Assembly (NCBI GenBank): GCA_001794905.1
Contig: MGLW01000043.1
Location: 15,573-30,682 of the forward strand
Length of the DNA stretch: 15,110 nt
Source of the DNA: Chlamydiae bacterium RIFCSPHIGHO2_12_FULL_49_11
GTDB lineage: Bacteria; Chlamydiota; Chlamydiia; Chlamydiales; 2-12-FULL-49-11
Direction of reading: 5' to 3'
In this document: one piece after another, positions 1-7,894 of the stretch
Numbering within the stretch: the first letter of the stretch is position 1
Layout: each line of letters opens with the position of its first letter
Made by a program: the position numbers and the translations under genes
The notes under the pieces: generated by a model
What the model was told of the DNA's origin: nothing
The model's database searches: none
The model's input: only the letters and a program-made list of their open reading frames with translations

Positions 1-10
1 GATCAATCCC

Positions 11-1207
11 GTGGGTCCAACGCAGCGGACTATCCCCGTCCGAGCTGTGGACGTCAAAACCAAAGAGCTCCAAAACCTGCAAAGTGTCATCGCCCATCAA
101 ACACAGATGGAAGATTCCATGCAGGAAATGAGCGAGCGGGGCATGTTCTGGAATGCCATTAGGGACAGATCCAAAACGATCGATGAACGGCGCCGGAATG
201 AATATGTTTCTTCCAAGGGAAAACTGGTCGGAGAAGAAGACGTCCGCCGCATCGAGGGCAATGAAGCCTCCGATTCGCTGGCACAGGAATTCCACCAGAA
301 AAACGAGGAACTCGATCCGAGAACTCTTGTTTCACTTCGCGCCTACATTCAAGAAGAAGACGATCCTGAAACGATCATCCACAAATTGCTGCAAGTTTAT
401 CCCGACCGGTATTTGGCCGACGAAGCGCTCGAGTATCTCATCCGTTCGACCAGCCCCGAACGGAAAGTGTATCCGAACCTGCTTAAAGCAAAAGAGCTTT
501 TGAACGACCGTTTCGGCATCGAAATCCGTGCCGGCCGCAACATGAGCAGGGAGGCTCAGACATTTTCACGGCAGGGACTTGGCACTCCGACGGCGCTCCG
601 CGACCTGTACCGCGATATCATCCAAAACCCTCGCGAACCGCACGATCTCTTCGAAGAGCTCAATACCAAGTTCAACTTCGAGCAGATGAAAGTCGTCCTC
701 AGTTTTTTACTCCACTCGGTGGGTGCCGATCTGAAGTCAAAGGGGCCGTCGATCGCCAAAGAAGAGCTCATGAACATCTTTCACGAAACACGCGTCATGC
801 AGGCTATTTTAGGGGTGTACCGCTTCTTTTTCAGCCGTACGGGAATGATTCAAAACGAATTTACACGAAAATCACTCGAAATGACTCCTCTCATCAATTT
901 CATCAACCTTTCCAAACGGTTCATGGTATTCATCAAGGACCGCTATCCCGCGCCCGATAAGGCGATTTCGATGACTGACGAATTTCAGGCACGCGAAACG
1001 GCGGCCAAAATCGTCCTCCTCACACAGATGCGCGATGCTATCCGGGGCGTGTCGCCGCGACTTTTCAAAAATCTGCACCATCGTGAAGATCTTCTGATGG
1101 TGCTCATCGAAGCGATCGACGACCTCGACGACCTCTTGGAAGATGAAGAAGAAGAGGAAGACAGTTCCACTCAGAAAGGCTATAGCGTGGAGGATACGAT
1201 CGAATGA
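11..1207 (+). CDS. copN: Type III secretion gatekeeper CopN (SctW/YopN/LcrE family); start may lie upstream of the window
   Basis: 398-aa helical protein with CopN-like blocks (YPDRYLADEALEYL, EIRAGRN, LRDLYRDII.NPR, FLLHSVGADLKSKGPSI, QAILGVYRFF) and a TyeA-like C-terminus (QMRDAIRGVSPRLF...HREDLLMVLIEAIDDL) with an acidic tail. It lies directly upstream of a class I chaperone and malQ, as in chlamydiae. The frame is open back to base 2 (ATC AAT CCC GTG), so the GTG start at 11 is uncertain. Confidence 0.92.
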   Translation: MGPTQRTIPVRAVDVKTKELQNLQSVIAHQTQMEDSMQEMSERGMFWNAIRDRSKTIDERRRNEYVSSKGKLVGEEDVRRIEGNEASDSLAQEFHQKNEELDPRTLVSLRAYIQEEDDPETIIHKLLQVYPDRYLADEALEYLIRSTSPERKVYPNLLKAKELLNDRFGIEIRAGRNMSREAQTFSRQGLGTPTALRDLYRDIIQNPREPHDLFEELNTKFNFEQMKVVLSFLLHSVGADLKSKGPSIAKEELMNIFHETRVMQAILGVYRFFFSRTGMIQNEFTRKSLEMTPLINFINLSKRFMVFIKDRYPAPDKAISMTDEFQARETAAKIVLLTQMRDAIRGVSPRLFKNLHHREDLLMVLIEAIDDLDDLLEDEEEEEDSSTQKGYSVEDTIE

Positions 1208-1665
1208 GCGGCACCTTTCAAGACCTTCTCGATATCCTGTCCGAAAAACTCGGGACGCCTCTCACAGCCGGCTTGCATAACAGTATAGCCATTGACATCA
1301 ACCATGAAGTGACGGTGCAGCTTGAACTGGACAATGTCAAAGAGTATCTGCTGATGGGGGCCACCGTCGCACTATTGCAGCCGGAACCCGTACGAGATCG
1401 CATATTTATGAAAGCCCTCCTTGCTAACGGTAATATCTACAATACCACCGGCACATTTAGCTTTGTGCCGAAAAAGGGGTACTTCTACATGCATAAAGCC
1501 TACTTCTTTCAAACGATTGACCCGGAACCTTTCTTCCACGATCTCCTCCTTTTTGCCGACCGTGTCCTTGCCTGGAAAAAAGCGATCCGGAGCGGCCACC
1601 CGGGTCCGGAAGATCCGAACGAATTCCCCTCTGAAACGGTCACGGAAACGGCAGAGAAAATATGA
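1204..1665 (+). CDS. scc1: Type III secretion class I chaperone Scc1 (SycE/CesT family)
   Basis: 153-aa acidic protein with a CesT-type pattern (FQDLLDILSEKLG, VTVQLELD, RDRIFMKALLANG, FADRVLAWKKAI.SG..P). ATGA overlap with the copN stop; position between copN and malQ. Confidence 0.85.
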   Translation: MSGTFQDLLDILSEKLGTPLTAGLHNSIAIDINHEVTVQLELDNVKEYLLMGATVALLQPEPVRDRIFMKALLANGNIYNTTGTFSFVPKKGYFYMHKAYFFQTIDPEPFFHDLLLFADRVLAWKKAIRSGHPGPEDPNEFPSETVTETAEKI

Positions 1666-3248
1666 ACCTCACTCCAACACAGAAAGGATGGGAAAGGATT
1701 GGAAAATGCCATCACCATGGCCTCGTGATTCCCCTTTTTTCTCTTTCCACCGCTACCGGCTTGGGGATAGGCACTTTCCATGATCTCAAACTGCTCATCG
1801 ATTTTTGCGCTGCAATCGGCTTTGACACGATCCAGCTCCTTCCGCTCAGCGACTCGGGTAGCGATACGAGCCCTTACAACGGCATGTCGGCATTTGCACT
1901 CGCCCCTATTTACATCACTCTGGAAAATCTTCCGTTCCTCAGTGAATTCCGGATTCTCGAGAACCTCCTGAGGCGTTTTTCGAGATATAAACCCCTGGAC
2001 CGGGTGGCTTACCACGCGCTCCTGCAGCAAAAAATCGCCTTTCTCAAAGAATACGCCTATATGACGCGCCCTCTCTTTGAAAAAGACCTCGCCTACCAAT
2101 CGTTTGTAGAAAGCAATCCATGGCTCAAAGAATACAGCCTCTACAAACTTTTCAAGGTGAAAAACAGAAAAAAAATCTGGGGACACTGGCCCAAAATTCA
2201 CCGTGATCCGACACGGGCCCATATCAAAAAAATGTATGAAAAAGAAAAATTCGAACTGTTCCGTTTTGAACTGACCCAGTACCTCGCTTTCAAGCAGCTT
2301 TCCGAAGTGAAAACTTACGCCAACCAGAAAAAAATCTTTCTGAAGGGGGACATTCCCATTCTTATTTCGCCGGAAAGCGCCGATGTATGGGCCCACCGTG
2401 AAATTTTCGATCTCGACTTTGCCGCCGGTGCGCCACCCGACCGGTTTAGCAAGACAGGACAATATTGGGGCTTCCCCGTCTACCGGTGGGATAGCCTCTT
2501 CAGAACCGATCTCTCTTGGTGGAAGTCGCGCCTTTCCCTTTCTTCCACCATCTACGACATTTTCCGGATCGACCACATCATCGGTCTTTACCGGATGTGG
2601 ACCATTCCGCGCGGCCGCCTTCCGTCGGAAGGCAGCTACATTCCCGCCGAAAAGTGGCAAGCTTTGTTACAAGGGGAAACGATCCTCAAATCTCTCCTTA
2701 GCCTTACCGAAATGCTTCCCATCGGCGAAGACCTTGGCATCGACATCGATCACATTCGTGCTTCGATGGAAAAGATGGAAATTCCGGGCACCAAAGTCCT
2801 CCGTTGGGAACGCAGGTTTGAGAATGGCAACGAATTTATCCCTTTTGAAGAATATACACCCTATTCCCTTACCACCGTGTCGACCCATGACAGTGAAACG
2901 CTCGCCGGCTGGTGGGAACTGTATCCCGACGAATCCAAGGACTATTCCGCTTTCCGCGGGCACGCATGGGAGCCTACCCTAACGGACGAGCTCCGCTTCG
3001 CCCTTCTCCGCGACTCGCACATCACACCTTCCTTCTTTCACGTCAACCTTTTCCAGGAGTACCTGTCCCTCTTTTCCCGTTACCGTTTCAGGGCTCCCGG
3101 CGACGACAGGGTGAACATTCCCGGCAAGCTGTCGCCCGTCAACTGGACCTTCCGCTACAAAGCAGATCTGGAAACTCTCCTTGAAGACGATGAGCTCATC
3201 TCCACGATGCGTTCTTTCTCAGAGTCCCGGCTCCCTTTGCATAACTAA
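1662..3248 (+). CDS. malQ: 4-alpha-glucanotransferase (amylomaltase, GH77)
   Basis: GH77 motifs IQLLPL..SG.D.SPY, GDIPIL, AGAPPD.FS..GQ.WGFP.Y.W, FRIDHIIG (nucleophile Asp), IGEDLG (acid/base Glu), STHD, RVNIPG and NWTFR. ATGA overlap with scc1. Confidence 0.96.
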   Translation: MNLTPTQKGWERIGKCHHHGLVIPLFSLSTATGLGIGTFHDLKLLIDFCAAIGFDTIQLLPLSDSGSDTSPYNGMSAFALAPIYITLENLPFLSEFRILENLLRRFSRYKPLDRVAYHALLQQKIAFLKEYAYMTRPLFEKDLAYQSFVESNPWLKEYSLYKLFKVKNRKKIWGHWPKIHRDPTRAHIKKMYEKEKFELFRFELTQYLAFKQLSEVKTYANQKKIFLKGDIPILISPESADVWAHREIFDLDFAAGAPPDRFSKTGQYWGFPVYRWDSLFRTDLSWWKSRLSLSSTIYDIFRIDHIIGLYRMWTIPRGRLPSEGSYIPAEKWQALLQGETILKSLLSLTEMLPIGEDLGIDIDHIRASMEKMEIPGTKVLRWERRFENGNEFIPFEEYTPYSLTTVSTHDSETLAGWWELYPDESKDYSAFRGHAWEPTLTDELRFALLRDSHITPSFFHVNLFQEYLSLFSRYRFRAPGDDRVNIPGKLSPVNWTFRYKADLETLLEDDELISTMRSFSESRLPLHN

Positions 3249-3256
3249 TACAGAAG

Positions 3257-3976
3257 CTAATATTGGTCGAGATTGCTTTCGAATCTTTTGATTTTTTCCT
3301 CGATCGATTTGCCGTTCACGGCAAGATCGTGGCTGAGTTTGGCCACGATGAAACTGATCGCGGTCAGGTTGTAGCCACCACCCGGAATGATCACGTCGGC
3401 ATAGACTTTACTCGGTTCCACAAAGGCGTCATGCATCGGCTTGACCGTCGTCAAGTATTGCTCCTTCACGCCGGCAAAATCCCGTCCCCTTTCCTTTATA
3501 TCCCTTTCTATCCTTCGAAGCATCCGAATGTCATGATCGGTATCGATGAAAATTTTCAAGTCGCAAACGCTGCGCACACTCTCGATCGCAAAGAGCAAGA
3601 TCCCTTCCACAATGATCAAATCGACCGCCTCTATCTGCACTTTTTCCGGCTTTCTCGAGTGTGTCGCAAAATCATAAATCGGCTGCTCGATCGCTTTTCC
3701 CTCTTTTAGGGCACACAAATGTTCATGCAGGAGATTGAAATCGATCGAATTCGGATGGTCAAAGTTGGCTTTTGCCCGCTCTTCATGAGGAAGATGACTC
3801 AAATCTTTGTAATAGGCATCTTGGCTGATCAAGATGCTATTGATTTTGAAATTGTCACGGATTTGTTGTGCAAGGGTCGTTTTCCCCGATCCGGTACCGC
3901 CCGCAATGCCGATCAGAACCTTGTGCCCGGCAAAGCACCCTACTACCGCCAAACATACTGCAATTATACGAATCAT
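3257..3976 (-). CDS. udk: Uridine kinase with an N-terminal signal-peptide-like extension
   Basis: P-loop IGIAGGTGSGKTT plus QDAYY, NFDHP, PIYDFATHSR, IIVEGILL, RRIERDIKERGR and VKPMHDAFVEPSKVYADVIIP. ATG 3976 (4 nt after the treY stop) is preferred over ATG 4009, which overlaps treY. Confidence 0.93.
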   Translation of the reverse strand: MIRIIAVCLAVVGCFAGHKVLIGIAGGTGSGKTTLAQQIRDNFKINSILISQDAYYKDLSHLPHEERAKANFDHPNSIDFNLLHEHLCALKEGKAIEQPIYDFATHSRKPEKVQIEAVDLIIVEGILLFAIESVRSVCDLKIFIDTDHDIRMLRRIERDIKERGRDFAGVKEQYLTTVKPMHDAFVEPSKVYADVIIPGGGYNLTAISFIVAKLSHDLAVNGKSIEEKIKRFESNLDQY

Positions 3977-3980
3977 AGTG

Positions 3981-5909
3981 TCAAATCGTATTACAAAACT
4001 CTTTGACATTCAAGAGAAATTTTACACAGCGGCCCCGGTAACGGCGTTTGAGAACAATGCCTCCCTTTCTCCGGGTCATGTGAAACGTCCCGTGACGGAA
4101 AAGGGCCGAATGACTGCGCCGCAATTTCCAGAGTCGGACTGTGAGACGGAATTTGATCCTGTCTTCCTCGGTCAAACTTTTCAAAACGGAAAGGTCCCGA
4201 TTGTCGGGATCGACGAGCCTGAGATACACCACTTCTTCTCCGTCATAATGGTCCATCGTACCCGGTAAAAAGGCCTTGATTACCGTTGCGGCAAGGCTTG
4301 CGTAGAATCCTTCCCGTGACGTTGTTTCATGCAGGGGAATAAAGATTTTCCAAAACGGTTTATGTTTCAAGAGACGATCGATACAGCGGAGCATCTCTTC
4401 TTCCGCTTTTCGGCCGGGTTTCATCCAGTCGCTATATTCTTTCCCTTCCCTCATGGCTTTCAGCATGTATCTCTTGAGGCGGAAAACAAGATTTTTCGAG
4501 CCGAAGGCGCCGATCAAGGTTTGTACCAATAAATAGACCATTTTGGGAGGCGTTTTTCCTGCAAAATTCTTCGCTTCCAAGAGGAGTTTCTGAAAATCTT
4601 TCGGATGGCCAAGAAGAGCGTGGATGCGCATGCGCACATCGAGGGAACGTTTTGTATCGTGCGTTGACAAGGTGTTCATCGAAAAGGGGGAGCGGCGCTG
4701 CCGCTCTCTTACTTTTCGCACAAAAGTGGGAATGCTCATCGCTTTGTAGCGGATATCAGATCCGACTTCATTGAGGGAAGAGAGGGGAAAATACCGGTAC
4801 AGGTAGGTGTCTTCATACCCTTTAGCAAAGACTCCCGGCATGATTTGCTGCATCGGCGCCATAACCTCTTGGAGAAAGAGGGGTTTTTTCATGTTTTCCA
4901 AAAAGGCCTGCCGGAAGGAGAGAGTGCATGCCCCGAGAGCGGTATGGAGCACATGGCGGCGAGAAGGGGAATAAGTGCGATATACCGGCATGGCAGCCAG
5001 AAAAAGGGACAATTGGTGCCGTATCTCCCTGTAGGGAAGCGGGAAAAAAGGTTTTGCCCGCCGGGCAAACCGCGTCACTTCAGCAATGAGGTAACGGTGC
5101 ATCACATCCATCTTTGCCTTGCGAAGAATCTCCTGCGGCGTTTTCGTCTCCCCCGTGAAAGCACGATACAATTTTTCCATCCGGTCTATTTTTGAAGGAG
5201 AAACCAGAAGACAATTGATCCAGTTCAAGGTATCGTAGCCAACGGTGCCTGCCACAGACCAATCGGGAAGGGGTTCGTCGAATTGCAAAATCTTTTCCGA
5301 GGTGATATACGGCACAACGCGACTTAAGGTGTTAAAATAGCCTTCCGGATCTCTCAAGCCGTCGGGGTGGTCGATCCTTACTCCATGCACCGCCTTTACC
5401 CGGATGAGTTGAAACAAGAAACGGTGTACCCGTTCAAACACAGCCGGATCTTCCACTCTGAGCGCGATCAAATCACAAATATCGAAAAAGCGGCGGTAGT
5501 TGATGTCGCGGTGGATTTTTTGAAGCGGCCCCTTTTCTTCAAAGAAAATGTCAAAGGCGGAAAGAAAGGGCGATTTTTTCCCGTGTTCCAAAATATCTTC
5601 GATCCATGGATTTTCTTCTGAAAGACCCATGTGATTGGGGACAAAATCGATCAGGCAATGCATCTTGTGCTGTCTAAGAAAGCGCGCCGTCTTCACGAAA
5701 AATGCTGGCTTGAGGGAGGCGTCCATCTCGTCGAAGGAAACGATTTTGTAAAAGTTGGCCCCCTTTTTTTCGGTGCGAAAAGGAGGCGACAGGTACACGG
5801 TATCAATGCCCGACTTTTGTAAATAGGGAAGCTTGTTATACAACTCCTCAAACGTGAACGTGTGGGAAAGCTGCAGGCGATACGTATTGATCGGGTACCA
5901 TGTCCGCAT
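3981..5909 (-). CDS. treY: Malto-oligosyltrehalose synthase (GH13_26), compact form
   Basis: TYRLQL, YLSP, DFVPNHMG, NYRRFFDI, GVRIDHPDGLRDP (nucleophile), SEKIL (acid/base), GTVGYD, AKGYEDT, SLNEVG, LSTHDTKRS.DVR.R, KAMRE.K and LVDPDNR. Confidence 0.93.
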   Translation of the reverse strand: MRTWYPINTYRLQLSHTFTFEELYNKLPYLQKSGIDTVYLSPPFRTEKKGANFYKIVSFDEMDASLKPAFFVKTARFLRQHKMHCLIDFVPNHMGLSEENPWIEDILEHGKKSPFLSAFDIFFEEKGPLQKIHRDINYRRFFDICDLIALRVEDPAVFERVHRFLFQLIRVKAVHGVRIDHPDGLRDPEGYFNTLSRVVPYITSEKILQFDEPLPDWSVAGTVGYDTLNWINCLLVSPSKIDRMEKLYRAFTGETKTPQEILRKAKMDVMHRYLIAEVTRFARRAKPFFPLPYREIRHQLSLFLAAMPVYRTYSPSRRHVLHTALGACTLSFRQAFLENMKKPLFLQEVMAPMQQIMPGVFAKGYEDTYLYRYFPLSSLNEVGSDIRYKAMSIPTFVRKVRERQRRSPFSMNTLSTHDTKRSLDVRMRIHALLGHPKDFQKLLLEAKNFAGKTPPKMVYLLVQTLIGAFGSKNLVFRLKRYMLKAMREGKEYSDWMKPGRKAEEEMLRCIDRLLKHKPFWKIFIPLHETTSREGFYASLAATVIKAFLPGTMDHYDGEEVVYLRLVDPDNRDLSVLKSLTEEDRIKFRLTVRLWKLRRSHSALFRHGTFHMTRRKGGIVLKRRYRGRCVKFLLNVKEFCNTI

Positions 5910-5915
5910 TTTTTC

Positions 5916-5944
5916 ACACTATTTCCGGTCGACACATTTGTCAA
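5916..5944 (-). promoter_or_regulatory. Putative sigma66/sigma70 promoter of treY-udk
   Basis: TTGACA (5944-5939), 17-nt spacer, TAGTGT (5921-5916), then 6 nt to the treY ATG at 5909. Confidence 0.65.
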
Positions 5945-5957
5945 GGGTCAGTATGAT
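5929..5957 (+). promoter_or_regulatory. Putative sigma66/sigma70 promoter of the TGase/TPR gene
   Basis: TCGACA (5929-5934), 17-nt spacer, TATGAT (5952-5957), then 7 nt to ATG 5965. Confidence 0.6.
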
Positions 5958-5964
5958 GCAATTT

Positions 5965-7488
5965 ATGAAGCTGCTCTGGTGTGCATGTGTCACATGTTTT
6001 CTTTTCGGAGAGAAAACGCATGACTATATCTTTTACTCGATTAATCCCAAATCGTGCCTGAAACTTCTTACCTACAGCCAACTTTTCCCCGATGATCCGT
6101 GCGCTCCTCTTGCCATGCAAAAAGCGCTCGAACTTATCAACCTCCATCGCGATACTCCAATCACGCTCAAGGAATTCCGGTCGATTCCCTACATCGATCT
6201 TTTCAATATCGTCTCGCTCTTTGCCAAACAACCTTACCTCCCCTTCCAACCCCTTGAAGAGTCTGAAATCGCCTTCATCGAAAAACTGTGCAACGGGTTT
6301 GAGAACCGCCGCCTGAAAGGCCATTATGTGTGGACCGAAAACGACCTCGTCTCCCTAGATACGACAGAAATAGATCTCTCGCGGGCGCTTTTTATCTATG
6401 AATTCCGGGGAGATCAGCGGAAAATCCGCTCCTACGAAGCGATGCTCGACATCATGGCCCTCGAAATTTTGGGAAAAGTGGACAAAAATGCGACACAGAT
6501 CGAAAAAATCGATGCCATCAACCGGTTCATATTTTACGACATGCGTTTCCGTTTCCCTCCCCGTTCGATGTGGACTTTTGACGATTCGGCCTTCACCTTT
6601 CTCCCCTCGGTCATGGACTCGCGCCACGGCGTCTGCCTTGGAGTTTCCATCCTCTATCTAACACTGGCACAGCGTCTTAGCATCCCTCTGTCCATCATCA
6701 CTCCGCCCGGCCACATCTTTGTCGCATACCGGGAAAACGGCCTTGTCCGCAATATCGAAACAACGGCCCGCGGAATCCACCTCCCCGATAGCCGTTACGA
6801 GTCGATCACCACTGCCAAGATTCCGGAACGGACCATCAAACAGGTGATCGGAGCCAACTTTTATAATGCAGCCGGTTCCCACTGGAAAGAAGCCCGTTTT
6901 GACAAGGCTTTGGAATATTATACCCTTGCCGAAAAATATTTCGGCCCGCACGATCCCGCATTGACAAAAGTTAAGGCTTACGTACTCATCGCACTCAATA
7001 AAAGGGGTGAGGCACTCGAAGAGATAGAACATTACATGCAGTCAGGCGGCTTTGACACCCATCCCGATCTTTTTCTTACCGAATACAAGGAAGGGCGCCT
7101 TTCTTCCGAATCACTCCGCCTCATGATCCAGGACGAATTTGAAACCCTTGCCCTCAGGGAAGAGTTCGAAAAAAAGCTTATCGCTCAAACCGAGGTCGAT
7201 TCCCGATCGGCCTCTCTATGGTTTAATATTGCCCTATGCCGCCATGGACTCGGGAAGAAAAAACAAGCCTTGGAAGCGCTCTACCTTGCAGAGAAGATCG
7301 ATGCAAAAAACCCCATTTTGGAATATTACCTTGCGATGCTCAATTTCGATCTCCACCATCCCGAAAAAGCGCTTGCCCATTTGCAAAAAAGCCTTTCTCT
7401 CTTACAAAAAGGGTCGATTCCGGAAAAAATCGTCCTGAAAACGGCCAAGAGTTACCGTGCGATTTTCCCTTTTCTCAGTGTGAATTAG
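5965..7488 (+). CDS. Exported transglutaminase-like (SirB1/Transglut_core2-type) domain protein with C-terminal TPR repeats
   Basis: Core LPSVMDSRHGVCLGVSILYLTLAQRL..PL..ITPPGHIFV...NIETT with candidate Cys/His/Glu residues. TPR-like helices in the C-terminal half (FDKALEYYTLA, LWFNIALCRHGLGKKKQALEAL, YYLAMLNFDLHHPEKALAHLQK). Signal-like N-terminus MKLLWCACVTCFLFG. Start 5965 is preferred (alternatives 5953/5956); the track's 5833 overlaps treY. Confidence 0.8.
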   Translation: MKLLWCACVTCFLFGEKTHDYIFYSINPKSCLKLLTYSQLFPDDPCAPLAMQKALELINLHRDTPITLKEFRSIPYIDLFNIVSLFAKQPYLPFQPLEESEIAFIEKLCNGFENRRLKGHYVWTENDLVSLDTTEIDLSRALFIYEFRGDQRKIRSYEAMLDIMALEILGKVDKNATQIEKIDAINRFIFYDMRFRFPPRSMWTFDDSAFTFLPSVMDSRHGVCLGVSILYLTLAQRLSIPLSIITPPGHIFVAYRENGLVRNIETTARGIHLPDSRYESITTAKIPERTIKQVIGANFYNAAGSHWKEARFDKALEYYTLAEKYFGPHDPALTKVKAYVLIALNKRGEALEEIEHYMQSGGFDTHPDLFLTEYKEGRLSSESLRLMIQDEFETLALREEFEKKLIAQTEVDSRSASLWFNIALCRHGLGKKKQALEALYLAEKIDAKNPILEYYLAMLNFDLHHPEKALAHLQKSLSLLQKGSIPEKIVLKTAKSYRAIFPFLSVN

Positions 7489-7807
7489 TTGCAGGGCGGG
7501 CCAAGACTTCCGATTCGGTCCAGTGGTTATAGATGGAGTAGTTATATTCTCCCTTATCGGACACTTTCTTAATGCTCACCTCGGCCGCTCCGAGCCATCC
7601 TGCTGCAATATTCTGATATTCAGGGGCAATTTCCCATTTGGAATCGTCGCTGAGAATGAGTGTCTGCCCGTCATTGATCACCTCGGCGATGCGAAGCGCA
7701 GGATCAACAAGCTCTTCCGGCAACGGGTTTTGATTCCGATCTATGATATCAGCAAAAAGGCAGCTGAAAATCGCCGGCAAGAAAATCCATCTTATATAGA
7801 ATTTCAT
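7475..7807 (-). CDS. Small exported hypothetical protein
   Basis: 110 aa with a signal-like N-terminus (MKFYIRWIFLPAIFSCLFA) and a beta-rich mature part (LILSDDSKWEIAP...GWLG). It fills the gap, overlaps the convergent TPR gene by 14 bp, and has an upstream TTGACA at 7847-7842. Confidence 0.75.
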   Translation of the reverse strand: MKFYIRWIFLPAIFSCLFADIIDRNQNPLPEELVDPALRIAEVINDGQTLILSDDSKWEIAPEYQNIAAGWLGAAEVSIKKVSDKGEYNYSIYNHWTESEVLARPATNSH

Positions 7808-7859
7808 ACTATTACTATCATCTATCAGATTCTTTCCTCTCTGTCAAACGGGAAATTAA

Positions 7860-7888
7860 TTGATGATACGCCCTAAATCAGATACACT
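7860..7888 (+). promoter_or_regulatory. Putative sigma66/sigma70 promoter of the MFS gene
   Basis: TTGATG (7860-7865), 17-nt spacer, TACACT (7883-7888), then 6 nt to ATG 7895. Confidence 0.55.
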
Positions 7889-7894
7889 GGAGAC

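Noticed and set aside
1509-2660. 383-aa minus-strand ORF
   Set aside because: Lies entirely antisense to scc1/malQ with no recognisable motifs; a shadow ORF from codon bias.
3249-3256. Terminator between convergent malQ and udk
   Set aside because: The gap is 8 bp with no convincing hairpin and U-tract.
3977-4009. udk start at ATG 4009
   Set aside because: It overlaps the treY 3' end by 29 nt; ATG 3976 gives a compact operon junction and a clean signal-like N-terminus. Not fully excluded.
5833-5964. Longer N-terminus for the TGase/TPR gene as given in the track
   Set aside because: It would overlap the treY start on the opposite strand; the promoter and signal peptide point to ATG 5965.
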